A DNA stretch of 64,000 nt from Lingula anatina. Taxonomy: Eukaryota > Animalia > Brachiopoda. The stretch lies in assembly GCA_051362555.1 (NCBI GenBank), contig CM120643.1:8122001-8186000 (forward strand). The letters run 5' to 3'. Position numbers and translations under genes: made by a program. The notes beneath the pieces are model-generated. The model searched no databases, was not told the DNA's origin, and saw nothing but the letters and a program-made list of their open reading frames with translations. Positions 24,981 through 37,734 of this stretch are shown in pieces; position 1 is the first letter of the stretch; every line of letters begins with the position of its first letter.

Positions 24981-27900
24981 CTGAAAGAAGAGAAAAATAA
25001 TAAAATCAAGATTTAAAAGGTGTGAATACGGATAAAATGTCATATGTGGCAAACAGAAGTTGCTTGTGTTATATACATCATGAAAACTTCATCAGCACCA
25101 TGCATCTCTGTTCTCTCCCTCTGGGAGTACGGATATATCTTCTTCTACAATCCCCAGTTCATGCTGAAAAATCAATCGGCTAAAAGTATCAAGGGCGAGA
25201 TGACATTGGTAGGAGGCATATATAAAACATAAATGAACTACTAAAAATGACCTTGCCTGCCGCATAAATATTAATAAATTGATCATATGGAGTTGACTTC
25301 ATTTCTGTTATTCACATCCTTTTGCGGGGAAAAAACTGAACCCAAAAAACATACACAAAAATGACACTTTTCGTAAGAACCACATTTTACCTGTAGACTG
25401 TTTCGCAGCTGACCTGCTCCTGCACGATGATCATGCACGCGAGCAGGCACATGCTGCATTCCTCCAGTTAAAGTACGTTCAATTTTCCTTAAGCCTCCAA
25501 AATTATTCACCATACATGCTGCCATGAGGATGCGACTGTGGGGTAATTATTCTTATGCACTTGGAAAAAAAAAAACCCAGTGTCCAAGAAGTTCAGCTTA
25601 CAAATCTGAAGTTTGATTCAGAACCTACAGATTTTTCTCTTTCCTTCTTACAATACTGCTTCCACAACATCCGTACGTCAATAACCAAGAGAAAAACTGC
25701 ATCAACTCTTAAAAAAATATGCTTTCCAAATATTTTCAAAGTCGGAGGGCATGCGGTTTAAGTATGCGCTTCTGTGAGTGAAAATGACAGCAGAGATATT
25801 ATTACTGCAATAGCAAGTCCATAAGCCACTGTTACGAAATGTTCTTGAAATTTAAATAAATAACATCTCGACTCTCCTCAGGAAGTCCCAAAGCAGCACT
25901 GGCAGCTATTTCTACAAACAGCTTGTGAGAGGATGTGACACTTAATAACTAGAATGTCAGCTCTGTTCTCCTTCCAATGGTAAAAATAAAGTGCAAAAGC
26001 ACAGAGAACAAATTACAAATTACGGAGATTAAATATAAGCCACAAACTTTGCAAAAAAACTTCTATTAGAATGTCATATTTTCAATATCTTAAACGGATG
26101 TTAGTCCCTGCTTTCTGACTGCTCCTTCACATAGGGCTTGAAACCTAGAAATGACTCAATTTAAATCAAGTTTGTCAAAACTGTGCGTCTAGTTATTGGT
26201 CACTCATATCCATTAACTGGTCATTGAGTTCGAGATCCATTAAGTCCTCAATTATGGGCTGTAATAGTCAGTGCTGTATCCCAATACCACTAATAGGTCA
26301 ACCAATTGTCCAGCAGTGGGCACTGATCTGCAGTTTCAATATCCAGTCATCAGAATGCTGTGAAAAGCTTCAAACTTTCCCTCATATCTATGAATAATCC
26401 ACACAGATTTGAAAACATGTGTCTCCAGGTGTGTGAGTGCCACCAACAGTTAGCTCTTACAGTGAAGAAATACTTTCAGTGCTCCAATAAAATTATGATG
26501 AAGTCATCACACCTGTACGGCTGAGAATAATACCACCCTCATCATCATCACCACCACAAAACCATCAGCACCACCATCAAGTATCACCATCCAAAAGTTT
26601 GATTGCTTGACCTTAAATATGAATCATCTTTAATTAAATTGATGACTGCACACTAGTGGCCTTTGACATCACCTCATGTGGACTCCCAACAGCACATGGT
26701 GTGAGTGTATGTGTACACTCCTCTTACTCTCTGACCACAAAGTGTCTGAAGATTACCAATAATAATCACCAAGTACTATAGTACCATCCTACCAGTCCAT
26801 ACAATACAATACATTCTGGGTATATATAAGCTGCCGGCTGCTTGTTCAGGCTATCCCAGCCACAACATGCTATTCACTGCCACCAGGTGAGTCATCATCG
26901 GTGTTTCTCTCTCCAGCTTTTCTGATAATAGCACCGAGCCATCCAACCAACCAACTCTGCTGATGCAAGTAAATATTTGAGCACACCCCTCTGTAATTAA
27001 CATCATATCTGCAGATCTAGGTCACGGGAATAATGGGCAACCTGCCAACCTGCTGTGGCTGAGAATAAATAGTGATATACATATATATAATGGGAAAGAA
27101 AAGGACTGACTTCATATGTGTTCATATCAGGGTTGATTTAGACTGGAAACTGGAGAGTAACATCAGTCTTATAACAAAGAGTAGAACATTAAACATGAAA
27201 GTTATCCTTCCTGACATCTGAAAATTGGTCTGATTGGTTTTCAAGTTTGCAGGTGCCCTCAAGTGAACAGGGGCCCGTGAACAGATGACTAGGGACTGTT
27301 AAGTTGCCGTCCTACCGTTTGCTGTGCATCACCTAATGCCTATCTTTCTCTCTCTCTGAAGGAGTCCAATGACTACTGTAAAAACACCTAAACCCTTCAC
27401 CCAAAAATAAAAATCAATGTAAACACTCTGCATGAAGTTGAGAATCTCTTTCTACATCACCTCCTGAACTCATTTTGTTGGATTTGGAGGAGGCAGGTGC
27501 ACATACTTAGCCCTTAGGACATATTGTAAAGAGAGAAGGAAATATGAATAAGAAAATATGCCGAGACTTTAATGAGCCCCTCCTGCCAGGCCGCTTCTGT
27601 TAAATCCAACGCTGTTTATCACAGTGGTAAATTACACATCAACCCTCCCAGACTTAACCACTGTTTAATATTTCAATCCATTTATTTCAGAGATAAGTGG
27701 AGAGAAAGTACAGTTCACCCAGTGCCGTGATGAGAGAGAGAGAGATAGATATCAGTCTCGGTGTGCCTGGCGATGAAGGGTTAAAGGTAACAGGAGCAGA
27801 TAGCATACAAACACACTGCAGTGGGATTAAAAACAGGCCACATGATGAAATTGGTGGTGGGGGACCATCCCAAAATGACCTCAGGAATTTTTCAAGGCTT

Positions 27901-28607
27901 ACAGTCATAGTGAGACAGGAACTTTTGACCGACCTGATTATATCCAAGAAAAGTGCTTACGTTGATGGCATACTGTGCTTTGTTAAATAGCATTTAATTT
28001 TCTCTTCTGTGCTGTTTCTCTGTTCTTCGACTTGTTCTTAAACAGACTACAAAGATAAACCTTTACTTTCTCTTCATCGTGTAGACGGGCCCAAAAAATC
28101 AATTTCCTTTTCATCTTAACTCAGTACCGCTTTTTCATGATTTCATAAAAACAGCACATAATTTTTTCTGCTTCGGCATGCCAGGGAACAAATACAACGT
28201 TTCCAGGAGAGGTGAAAGGGGAAGAAAAAAAAAAAAAAAAGGAATCTATAACTGAATTCTCATTTATAAAAAGAACCTGGTGGTCCATGACTTAGATTAT
28301 CTCTTCTTTCCAAGAAATAAAAAGTTATTTTGCTCAGTTGATGTATATTCTGTGGCAGATTTTTAAAAACTGAAAGTAATTTTCAATGCGATAAATGTCA
28401 TGTAGGCCAAAATGAATGATATTTATGGCGTTAAGTCATCATATAGCTGTTAATTCCAAGTTCCTGACAGCTTACTCTTTGACTGTTAATTACAAAATGT
28501 GATAAACAGCATATGGCAAAGTTTCCTGACAACCTTTCCCAATGACGTTACCTGATGTGGTAATTAACAATAGAACAGTCTGGAACAGTCGAAAACATGG
28601 GATATTA

Positions 28608-28834
28608 GGGTGTATTCCCAGAGATTTAGATTGATCCAGAGATTAAGATTTAGACCAACCTAACTCCCTGGGGTTCACGCTAAATTGCAGTCAGCCGAGC
28701 GCGCACCACAGTTAATTACCCCCTTACAGCTTTCAGTAGGCAGGACAGACGCTTAATAAGACGACTAAGCTGCCAGTAATCTAGTGAGACTCCCCACAGG
28801 GATAGATCGATCTAAAATCTATGGAAATGGGGTC
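28608..28834. mobile_element. PIF/Harbinger-like MITE (family B)
   Basis: Flanked by TTA on both sides. Reverse-complement homolog of 36932-37146. Confidence 0.75.
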
Positions 28835-30147
28835 TTACTTTTAGAGCAGTTGAAGATGCGGAACAAAATACATTTTATCGTGAATGAAATAATAATTTCA
28901 AAAAAATTTCACTTTCCCGGCAGTTACAAGAAAACTAATGTTAACTGGTCGTTCCAAAAGAGAAAAAAATCCAAGCTTCACACCTGATGTAATGGTGTGA
29001 GACGGAAATTAATTTCTGCCTGGAAAACCAAAATCTAATTAATCATCAAGAAAATATATTGGGATGCACAGCTTTAAGTGAATATGTTGGGTATAGCTGA
29101 CATAGGGTACTAAAGGAAATTAAAAGGAAGTTTCTTAAGCATCTATATCAGTGTCATGGATGTATTTTTTCCCTATGCCTTTAGCAAAAAAATTTAATTG
29201 TGATATTTCTTTATTGATGCAGTTTCTCAACACGGTTTTGATTTATCATACCAATTTTCATTTCAATATGACATTAAAACCAAGATCTGTCTCAGTAACC
29301 ATAGGGGAGATAGATCATTAATATAATAGGACTATAAAAGATGCCAGTTATCTATTCTCTATTTTTTTTTCCTCTTTTTTACCAATAAGTGGTCGCCAAG
29401 GTTGGATAAAAGCAAATTTTCAAAACTGTCAGCTGTTGTCGTTACAAGCATCTTTTGGCCTACAAAAGAATTTCATCCAAATTTTTCTGTGTCCATGGCC
29501 CATTTCCAAGGTGGAAGTCTCCTTCATTCACAGGAAGACGCAGGGAAACAACTATGGGCAACAGGCCGCCTCATTAATGGTCGTCTGAGCATCTTAATAC
29601 TCTGATACAAGTACGGCATGATTCACCCATGAAAGGCTAAGGGCAGTGATTACAGATAATTTGAATGGCAATTCTGTTTTTCGCTATCATAATATCATCC
29701 TCACCAATGTCTCTGCACTTCAGGGCCAGTAAAATCCAATCCAAGCTAAGATCTTAGAGAAACTTGAATTGTAATTGGTACTGCGGGGGATTGACTGACC
29801 TTCTTTAACTTCAATATATGGATATCACCCCTTAATAGTTATTACAAGGGCCCCTATAAGGTATTCTTAATGCTCAAACATTATATCTACCTGGTTCTTT
29901 TACCAATACAGACATCTGTCCTATTCTTTTCTCTAACAAGCCCCTTCTATGGATTTTCAAAAACTATCTAGAAATTTTCTTCCGCCATATGTCACTTGGC
30001 TAACTCTACCTCATCTTCAACATGGCCCAAGAGGGGGATTTTTAATCTAAGAAAATCATGTTAGTGTGTGTACCAAGCCAAGTGTTGTTAAATGTCTGGC
30101 AGTGCTTGCTTGCAATGACTTGGCTTTTTGTTTCATTAATCCTCTAA

Positions 30148-30305
30148 GGCCGCATTCAGAACAGCGAACTAACAGATCCGCGGATCAAATATGGGGGGCC
30201 CCCTTAAAAGCTTGCCCCAATTAGGCATTGAATAAATTCCCCACGGGGATGACCTAGCAAGCATTAAAATTGGTTGGCCACATTTGATCTGCAGATCTGT
30301 AAGTC
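30148..30305. mobile_element. Palindromic MITE (family C), right end truncated
   Basis: taa|ggccgcattcagaacagcgaac...gatcaaatatgg. Homologous to 46240, 46559 and 56256. Confidence 0.7.
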
Positions 30306-30324
30306 TAAGAGCGGTTGAGGGATT

Positions 30325-30361
30325 GGGGTGGGGGTGGGGGTGGGGGTGGGGGTGGGGGGGT
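30325..30361 (+). repeat. (GGGGGT)n G-quadruplex-prone tract
   Basis: Six G-runs of 4 or more, separated by single T. Confidence 0.85.
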
Positions 30362-30422
30362 GCTGCTGCTTGGTAAGTTCACTTTGCCCCTGAATGACCC
30401 TGCCTAGTAGACAGAGCCAGTG

Positions 30423-31327
30423 CCATATCTGGTTATCATAACCCTCTCTCCATCCCTCAGCAGGTGCCAGCGACCAAGGCTTCAGTGAAACCCATATCTG
30501 GTTATCATAACCCTCTCTCCATTACATCCCTCAGCAGGTGCCAGTGACCAAGACTTCAGTGAAACCCATATCTGGTTATCATAACCCTCTCTCCATCCCT
30601 CAGCAGGTGCCAGTGACCAAGACTTCAGGGAAACCCATATCTGGTTATCATAACCCTCTCTCCATCCCTCAGCAGGTGCCAGCGACCAAGACTTCAGTGA
30701 AACCCATATCTGGTTATCATAACCCTCTCTCCATCCCTCAGCAGGTGCCAGCGACCAAGACTTCAGTGAAACCCATATCTGGTTATCATAACCCTCTCTC
30801 CATCCCTCAGCAGGTGCCAGCGACCAAGACTTCAGGGAAACCCATATCTGGTTATCATAACCCTCTCTCCATCCCTCAGCAGGTGCCAGCGACCAAGACT
30901 TCAGGGAAACCCATATCTGGTTATCATAACCCTCTCTCCATCCCTCAGCAGGTGCCAGCGACCAAGACTTCAGTGAAACCCATATCTGGTTATCATAACC
31001 CTCTCTCCATCCCTCAGCAGGTGCCAGCGACCAAGACTTCAGTGAAACCCATATCTGGTTATCATAACCCTCTCTCCATCCCTCAGCAGGTGCCAGCGAC
31101 CAAGACTTCAGTGAAACCCATATCTGGTTATCATAACCCTCTCTCCATCCCTCAGCAGGTGCCAGCGACCAAGACTTCAGTGAAACCCATATCTGGTTAT
31201 CATAACCCTCTCTCCATCCCTCAGCAGGTGCCAGCGACCAAGACTTCAGTGAAACCCATATCTGGTTATCATAACCCTCTCTCCATCCCTCAGCAGGTGC
31301 CAGCGACCAAGACTTCAGTGAAACCCA
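30423..31327. repeat. 69-bp minisatellite, ~13 near-identical copies
   Basis: Unit ccatatctggttatcataaccctctctccatccctcagcaggtgccagcgaccaagacttcagtgaaac. The 23-aa periodicity shows in ORFs on both strands. Confidence 0.97.
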
Positions 31328-33223
31328 ACACATGAGAGCCAAACGGGGCACATTGGGCACAGGCATCCGGGTACTGTTGTTTATCTGGCAGTAATAAGTT
31401 GTGTGTCTGGCGTACTGAAAGATGCACACCACACCACCAGTACCTGTTGACCTGACACATTGCTCTTCCTTCCCTCTTTCTTTTTTTGTTTCTTTTTCTC
31501 CCACAGACCACAGAATAAAATCATTTTGCATCAAGCATATTCAGTTGGTCTTATGACAAAGTTATCTTGTTAAAGTGATCTAAAAACATCATCTCAAGGC
31601 ACACACCACCCTGCCCATCTGCCACATAAATAACAAATGTCAAACAAAGGCAGTATTATTTTACATTTTTTTGCTTGTTGTATTTGGCTTCAAGGATGGA
31701 GGTAACCGGGTGTGCTGCATATTTTCCTAAGGATGATGTATTTGTTCTCTTGTGATAACATGACTGATACATTTGATTAATATAAGGTAAATATTTTGGA
31801 TATAAGGTCGGGGGGGGGGGGGGGGGGATGAAACAAACAACTGAATCAGAAAAAATCTAAACACTTAACTGATTTTCTTATGAGTTAAATGTAATAAAAT
31901 CAATAAATAAAGCCTGATGAGATATTAAACTGACAAACAACGATGGCCATAAACCAAAATGATAATTCCACCCAAATGTTGGCAATTAATGAGCCACACA
32001 CCATAAGATAATGTGTCTACCTGAAAAGCTACCCTGTCTTCAACTTAATTACATCGTTATCACAGCGGTTTAAATCCAGCTCCTGAGACAAGACTGATCT
32101 CATTTCTCTAAATGTTCATTAACTCATTAATCACGGCTTGTTAAAGAGACAGTCCATTATAAGTTTTCACTGTCCTTTAGTATCAGACATGAGACTTCCA
32201 TTTACTGAAAAAGTCTAAAAATATGGCGCAGGGTCCATGGGGGGGGGGGTCTGCATCAATCTTAAAAATTAAACTTTTTGGGCTTCCAAAAAGTGAAAAA
32301 TCTGCCAATAGTTGGAACAAACTCATAACTGAGTATTCATTAATTTGGATCAAATCAAGCTATATACTGTAACTTAAACCTTAGTGCATTTTGAAGCTGA
32401 TATGGCAATACAGCAAGTTTGAGATACTTATGTGATAGATCTATATAAACAATGTATACATATTTTTTTGAATTTGCAGGCAAAAGGACTGTAAAAATTA
32501 TAATACGCCTCAGTCTTTCATTCCTAACTCCTTAAACTGCCAATAAATTATCATGCATGACTGTGTCTGTATATTTCTTTAAAAAATATTTTTATAAAAT
32601 TAAATTCACCTCAAGGGAATTCCTGTCCATTGTCATTTGCCATACCTCTCCCAGATGACAAAACTTATCAATAAATGCAAGTATTTTTTCCGCGAACCTT
32701 TACAGTATTCAACCCACAGAAGTCTTAGAGACAGGGAACAATGGCGTTCTTTAATGACTCCAGGTTTCTGGGGACAATCTTAATCACCTTTTAATGTCTT
32801 AACACATGACATGTTTTGCTATTAGGCTGAAATCACCGACTGACAACTCAGATTCTCTTTCATATCCCCAGTGTCTTGGGAATGAAATGTCTTTTAAGCC
32901 CTACAATGGCGGAATGACATTAAGTGCTTCTCGTGTTAAACAGAGAAGAAAAATTGAAAAGCATTCTGTAAGATTTCCATTCTGTGATGCAGAACAAAAA
33001 CTTAATTTGTAATGTATTGTATTGTATCCATTTGTCAGTGGCCATGCGAGTACAAAACCATTAGTATTTTTTTTTCGGGAAATTAGTTTCCACACGGCAC
33101 AGCCTCTAGCAAAGTTGGTTGAAGTCCTACGAAGGCTCCCCTTCCCATGGTCACCGTCTGTCTACACAGATCCATCTAACTCTGCGGGGACTCTCACTGA
33201 ATGCAACAGTAACACAACATACT

Positions 33224-33284
<61 letters not shown>

Positions 33285-33676
33285 TTGAAACATACTTGTT
33301 AATCACAAGACTTTCTGTATTCTACTTATTGCCAAAATGAGGTGTGTTAATCTGATTGCATTCAGCGAGATATCCCCCAGAGTTGGCTCCATTGACACAG
33401 AATTGAGAATAAGCCTTAAGTCTCATTTCTGGGGGGGGGGCAGCAAAGTATTGTTCGCAATAGAGCCAAATTAACATTCCTTAAAATATCTCTTCATTTG
33501 CCATAGAGCTGATGTAAATGGAAAGTTTAGTGTCTAACGTATTTTTCATACAAAGAAAGTAATAAATAACTGTGTGAAATTCAGGATGGAATGAAAAATC
33601 TGCTTTGTCCACATAAGGAATTGGTACTTTCTTAACTGACGATTTCTCATTTAAAATAGTTCAGCTGGGAGTATAA

Positions 33677-33933
33677 GGCTTCGTTCACATGCAATGTCTA
33701 TTTTCTAAATTCTATTTTCTATTCGCGCTATCTTATGATCACGGTCTGTGCACTGAATATCCCGCCGCGTAATTACTGGCAGCGCGAGCCAGTTACTTAT
33801 AGTAACTTATAGTAACTGGCTCGCGCTGCCAGTAATTACGCCGCGGGATATTCAGTGCACAGACCGTGATCATAAGACATACCGAAAATAGAAAATAGAA
33901 AATAGAAAATAGACATTGCATGTGAACGAAGCC
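33677..33933. mobile_element. Almost fully palindromic PIF/Harbinger (Tourist-like) MITE
   Basis: TAA|ggcttcgttcacatgcaatgtc ... gacattgcatgtgaacgaagcc|TAA, with ~120-bp arms. Confidence 0.9.
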
Positions 33934-34499
33934 TAATTCTTTTTTATCATCGCACTAGCACTCATGAATATCTGTTCCTTAAATCAAGTCTTTTAATCTT
34001 AATAAAATGCACATGGCCACAAAAACACCTCAAAAGCAATAGACCTTAAAAATACAAAACATTATGGTAATTTTTATCATATTTATGGCCCAAACACATC
34101 CGGTGCAGTGCTTGCATACTATCTGACAAACTTCTTATGAATTTCTCTCACGCTTGTAGACTTAAAATTCCAGCGCTGGATAGCACGTGTTGGTCCTTAC
34201 AAGGACAATATGGTATTTATAACTAGAATCAGTCCAGTGGTTTTGGTCATATACCAGACAGTAATCCAGACATGTCATTTATGAATCTATAAAATAATTA
34301 TAAATCATAAACTTAGTCATAAAGAGACGCAAGTTCTCCGTTTCCGTATGCATACATCATTTGGGAGCAGGGAATTTAAAATTGCTCATGTCAAATTTTG
34401 TTTTGCCCACCTTTTATAGAAACTTTAACAAAATATTTCATATAAAATTTCTGTTCCATCAGTTTATACATACACACACACAAACATTGAATATAGCTA

Positions 34500-35965
34500 C
34501 GGTAATTCTCCAATCTATACGAACGTTTTAAATTAATTATTTTTGGAAGATAATCATTTTGTTCGTAAGGCTTGAAATTCAGTCTGCTAAAAATTGCCAC
34601 GCGTTCGTAACCATTGAAAAACGGACGGAATACGGCTGTACCTGAAGTTATCTCCACTTACCTACATTGCGTAAGCATTACTTTCAGATTAAATCACTGT
34701 GATCAGCTAAAAGCACAAACAAATTATTCTTGCGATATTGCAATGAATTAAAACAAACTAAACAAAAGTCGGGAATTCAAGTTAAAAAACAATTTCTTCA
34801 TACTAAAGAGGTACATTTCTCCCAAGACAAGACAACATCGTTTTTCCCTGTTATGTTTAACCAAGACAGGACAACATCGTTTTTCCCAACTTCTGTCAAA
34901 AACAGACAAGAATATTTTCGTATCCAGTTGCATATTTTATTTATTGCGTGTTTATTTTTAATATGATTTCACATACAGAAATTTTGCAATATTAATAATG
35001 TCACACCCCCCCCCCCCATTAGGCCTACATAAATTTATCCCGCCAAAACAAAATACTTGAAACTCCTCACAGTAGATTTCACTAACGTTAATAGAGATTA
35101 TACTTGATATAAAAAATAACATCAGCTCAATTCAAGTCTATTTATGAAAGTCTTTTACAGCATATTAATTTGCACGCAATCAATGTAAACTAAATTAGAA
35201 AAATACAGAAAACTGCAGGCAAATTTCTATAAGGTCATACGGCACCTTCATTTTTCACAATCACTAATATCAGTAAGGTTTACCTAATAGTTGTTCATGA
35301 GACAAGGTCTTAAACAAGGAAAATCAAACAAACAAACAAACAAACAAAAACCACAACTCAAATTAGAAAAATAAATACAATACAAGACAGAACTCCTCTT
35401 AAAAAAATAATTTCCTGATGACTACCAAAACCAAATGAAAAACTCGATCATTGACAATGGATTTCTCATACTCTTCTGTTGTGCGTGGGTTTCAAGTTTA
35501 TAGATTTTACTAGAAACCAGTTATCGGTGAAACACTGATGGTGGATGCTGATGATCCAGTCGGCCGGCAGAAGTTAAGAAATGATAATAAACAGTAAGTA
35601 ATTTATGTGTACTGATGCTTTCAATAATTTCTAAATAACAATAGGGTTTTAAAACTGGCCTGTAGCTGCCGGCGGGCAGGTTGAGTCCTCCTATCGTCTC
35701 ATTCAAAAACAACACAAATACATGATAACAATCTCTCCTGTCAAGTGGCAGTTCCTTTGTTTGGAACGGTGGTCTGAAAACTCGCTTTGACGAATCATGG
35801 GGCGAGTTTCAATCGGGCACACTTTCTTGCGTTCGGAAAATTTAAATTGTGCCCAAGGTGAGTTTAGCGATCGTTCGTACAGAACGGAGACAAAAAATTC
35901 AGATTCAGAGAAAAAACGTTTTGTTCGTAATTATTGCGGCGTTCGTATAGATTGGAGAATTACCG
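34500..35965. mobile_element. Non-autonomous Tc1/mariner superfamily (pogo/Tc2-like) element, 1466 bp
   Basis: TA|cggtaattctccaatctatacgaacg ... cgttcgtatagattggagaattaccg|TA (26-bp perfect TIR). Subterminal gttcgta motifs. No transposase ORF. Confidence 0.85.
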
Positions 35966-36656
35966 TACTTTTATACCTAACAATTTCAAACCTACGGATT
36001 CATGGACTCCCATCATGCAACTGAGTCATCAACTGGCAAATGAAATAAAAAGTTTTATTTCATGTTTACATCCATTAATTTTCAGTTGTGTACATATTTC
36101 GATATTTCTGCCTTTTTGTCTCCAGACAGAAATATATCCCACAAGCAAAACTGAAAAACATAGCACATTATGGACTGATGTCACAGTCTGAATATGGCTG
36201 ATTGCCGACCCACCCACTCAATAAACACGAAGAATGTCCGCCTTGATTGCCACTCGACTTCTTACAATTTCAGAAAGTAATCAAGTGCACCAAAATAGCA
36301 TCAACTGTATTCATTTTGAACCAACTATTGTCTGCCTGAAGGTTTAACATGATGTTGCCACACCCTTCCTTTTAAAGTTTAAATAAAGAGAAACCAAAAC
36401 AGATTGCGATTAGAAGACATCATTCGTGTTTACCAGATGTATTATTACCACTTGTGCCTACGCAAAAAAAAAAAAAAAAAAAAAAAATATCCAAAGAGCC
36501 TGCTGATAACCGGACATATGTCAACGTGACATAATGTCAACTGATAGACAGATCCTGTTTTGAATATCAAGGCATCAGTCTATGTTTGATTCCATTAAAT
36601 GCTGACACACTGATGAAGTATCCTGCCATTTTTTATCAAAATTTTCATGTTTCTAT

Positions 36657-36886
36657 GACTGGGTTTCCATACTAGATCGATCTTACAGGAACGATCCATA
36701 TCCAAGGGGTTTCTCACTAAATCGCTTTCAGCTTATATGCAATAATTAACGATAATTAATTACCCCCTAGCAGCTTCAGTAGGTGTGCCAGACATCTTAA
36801 ACGCCTAATTTGAGTGCAATTTAGCAAGAATTCCCTTGGAGATAGATCGATCCTCAGTCAGTACGACAGGGTCTGGGAATGGTCCC
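36657..36886. mobile_element. MITE family A copy without the nested insertion
   Basis: Homologous to 986-1601. Confidence 0.75.
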
Positions 36887-36931
36887 TATAAAGACCTTTC
36901 CATCCACAACACTCACTCCTCCTCAGTCTAA

Positions 36932-37146
36932 GGCTCTGTTCTCACAACTTTTAGATCGATCTATCACCGCGGGGAGTCTCACTAGATTACTGTCAGATAA
37001 TCCCCCTTAAGTGTCCGTCCCCGCCTACTACATGCTTTAAGGGGTAATTAACTTTCGTGTCCGCCCGGCTGACAGCTATTTAGCGTGAACCCCCAGGGAG
37101 TTAGGTCGATCCAATGTAGGTCGATCTAATCTATGAGAATGGGGTG
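36932..37146. mobile_element. MITE family B copy, inverted relative to 28608
   Basis: ggggagtctcactagattactg and tttagcgtgaacccc.agggagttagg match the reverse complement of 28608-28834. Confidence 0.75.
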
Positions 37147-37227
37147 TATAAGGAAGCTGTGAGGTTTACTTTCAATATAATAAGGCAAACATTACATCAT
37201 GTCACGCTGTTGGGATGGTATGTTGTT

Positions 37228-37443
37228 AAGATAATTACCATGTAGAGGACGGAATATGCAAACATCTGTATCGTAAAAGAATTTGTCTCGGTGACTCCCT
37301 ATCGCCTATAGGTCTATGACGTAATTATCGAACACAGCAAAAAAATGTACCTTTTCACTTAATTTTGCACTCATTTTGAAGAGGAATAAAGATAATTACC
37401 ATGTAGGAGATAAAATATACAAACATCTGTATCATCAAAGAAT
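37228..37443. repeat. ~55-bp direct duplication
   Basis: aagataattaccatgtag...aatat.caaacatctgtatc.t.aaagaatt at 37228 and 37389. Confidence 0.7.
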
Positions 37444-37669
37444 TATTTAAAACCTTCATGAGGATTTTTTTATTTCAGTCTGTTTGCACTGAGAGATACT
37501 TTAATGATTAGATCAGTGCCTGACCACAAACAGGTGAAAAAATGGTACGAGAAGTGGAACACACCTTTCCGACCACAAAAATCCTGTTTTCCACGAATTA
37601 ACCTGTAGTGAAAGCTTACTGAACTGATGACCTCATAATGCAGAGCTTGTTTACATATATAGCATTTCA

Positions 37670-37734
<65 letters not shown>

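Noticed and set aside
30423-31327. Possible CRISPR-like array, or a real 350-aa/265-aa protein gene
   Set aside because: Units are contiguous with no unique spacers and the context is eukaryotic. The ORFs follow from a stop-free 69-bp unit and start at non-ATG or unsupported codons.
22236-32335. Short shared repeat at 22236-22323 and 32229-32335 (ccaaaaagt..aaatctgcc.atagttggaa)
   Set aside because: The similarity is probably real, but it is too degraded to define ends or family. The same applies to remnants near 3680, 15170, 24615, 49790 and 53360.
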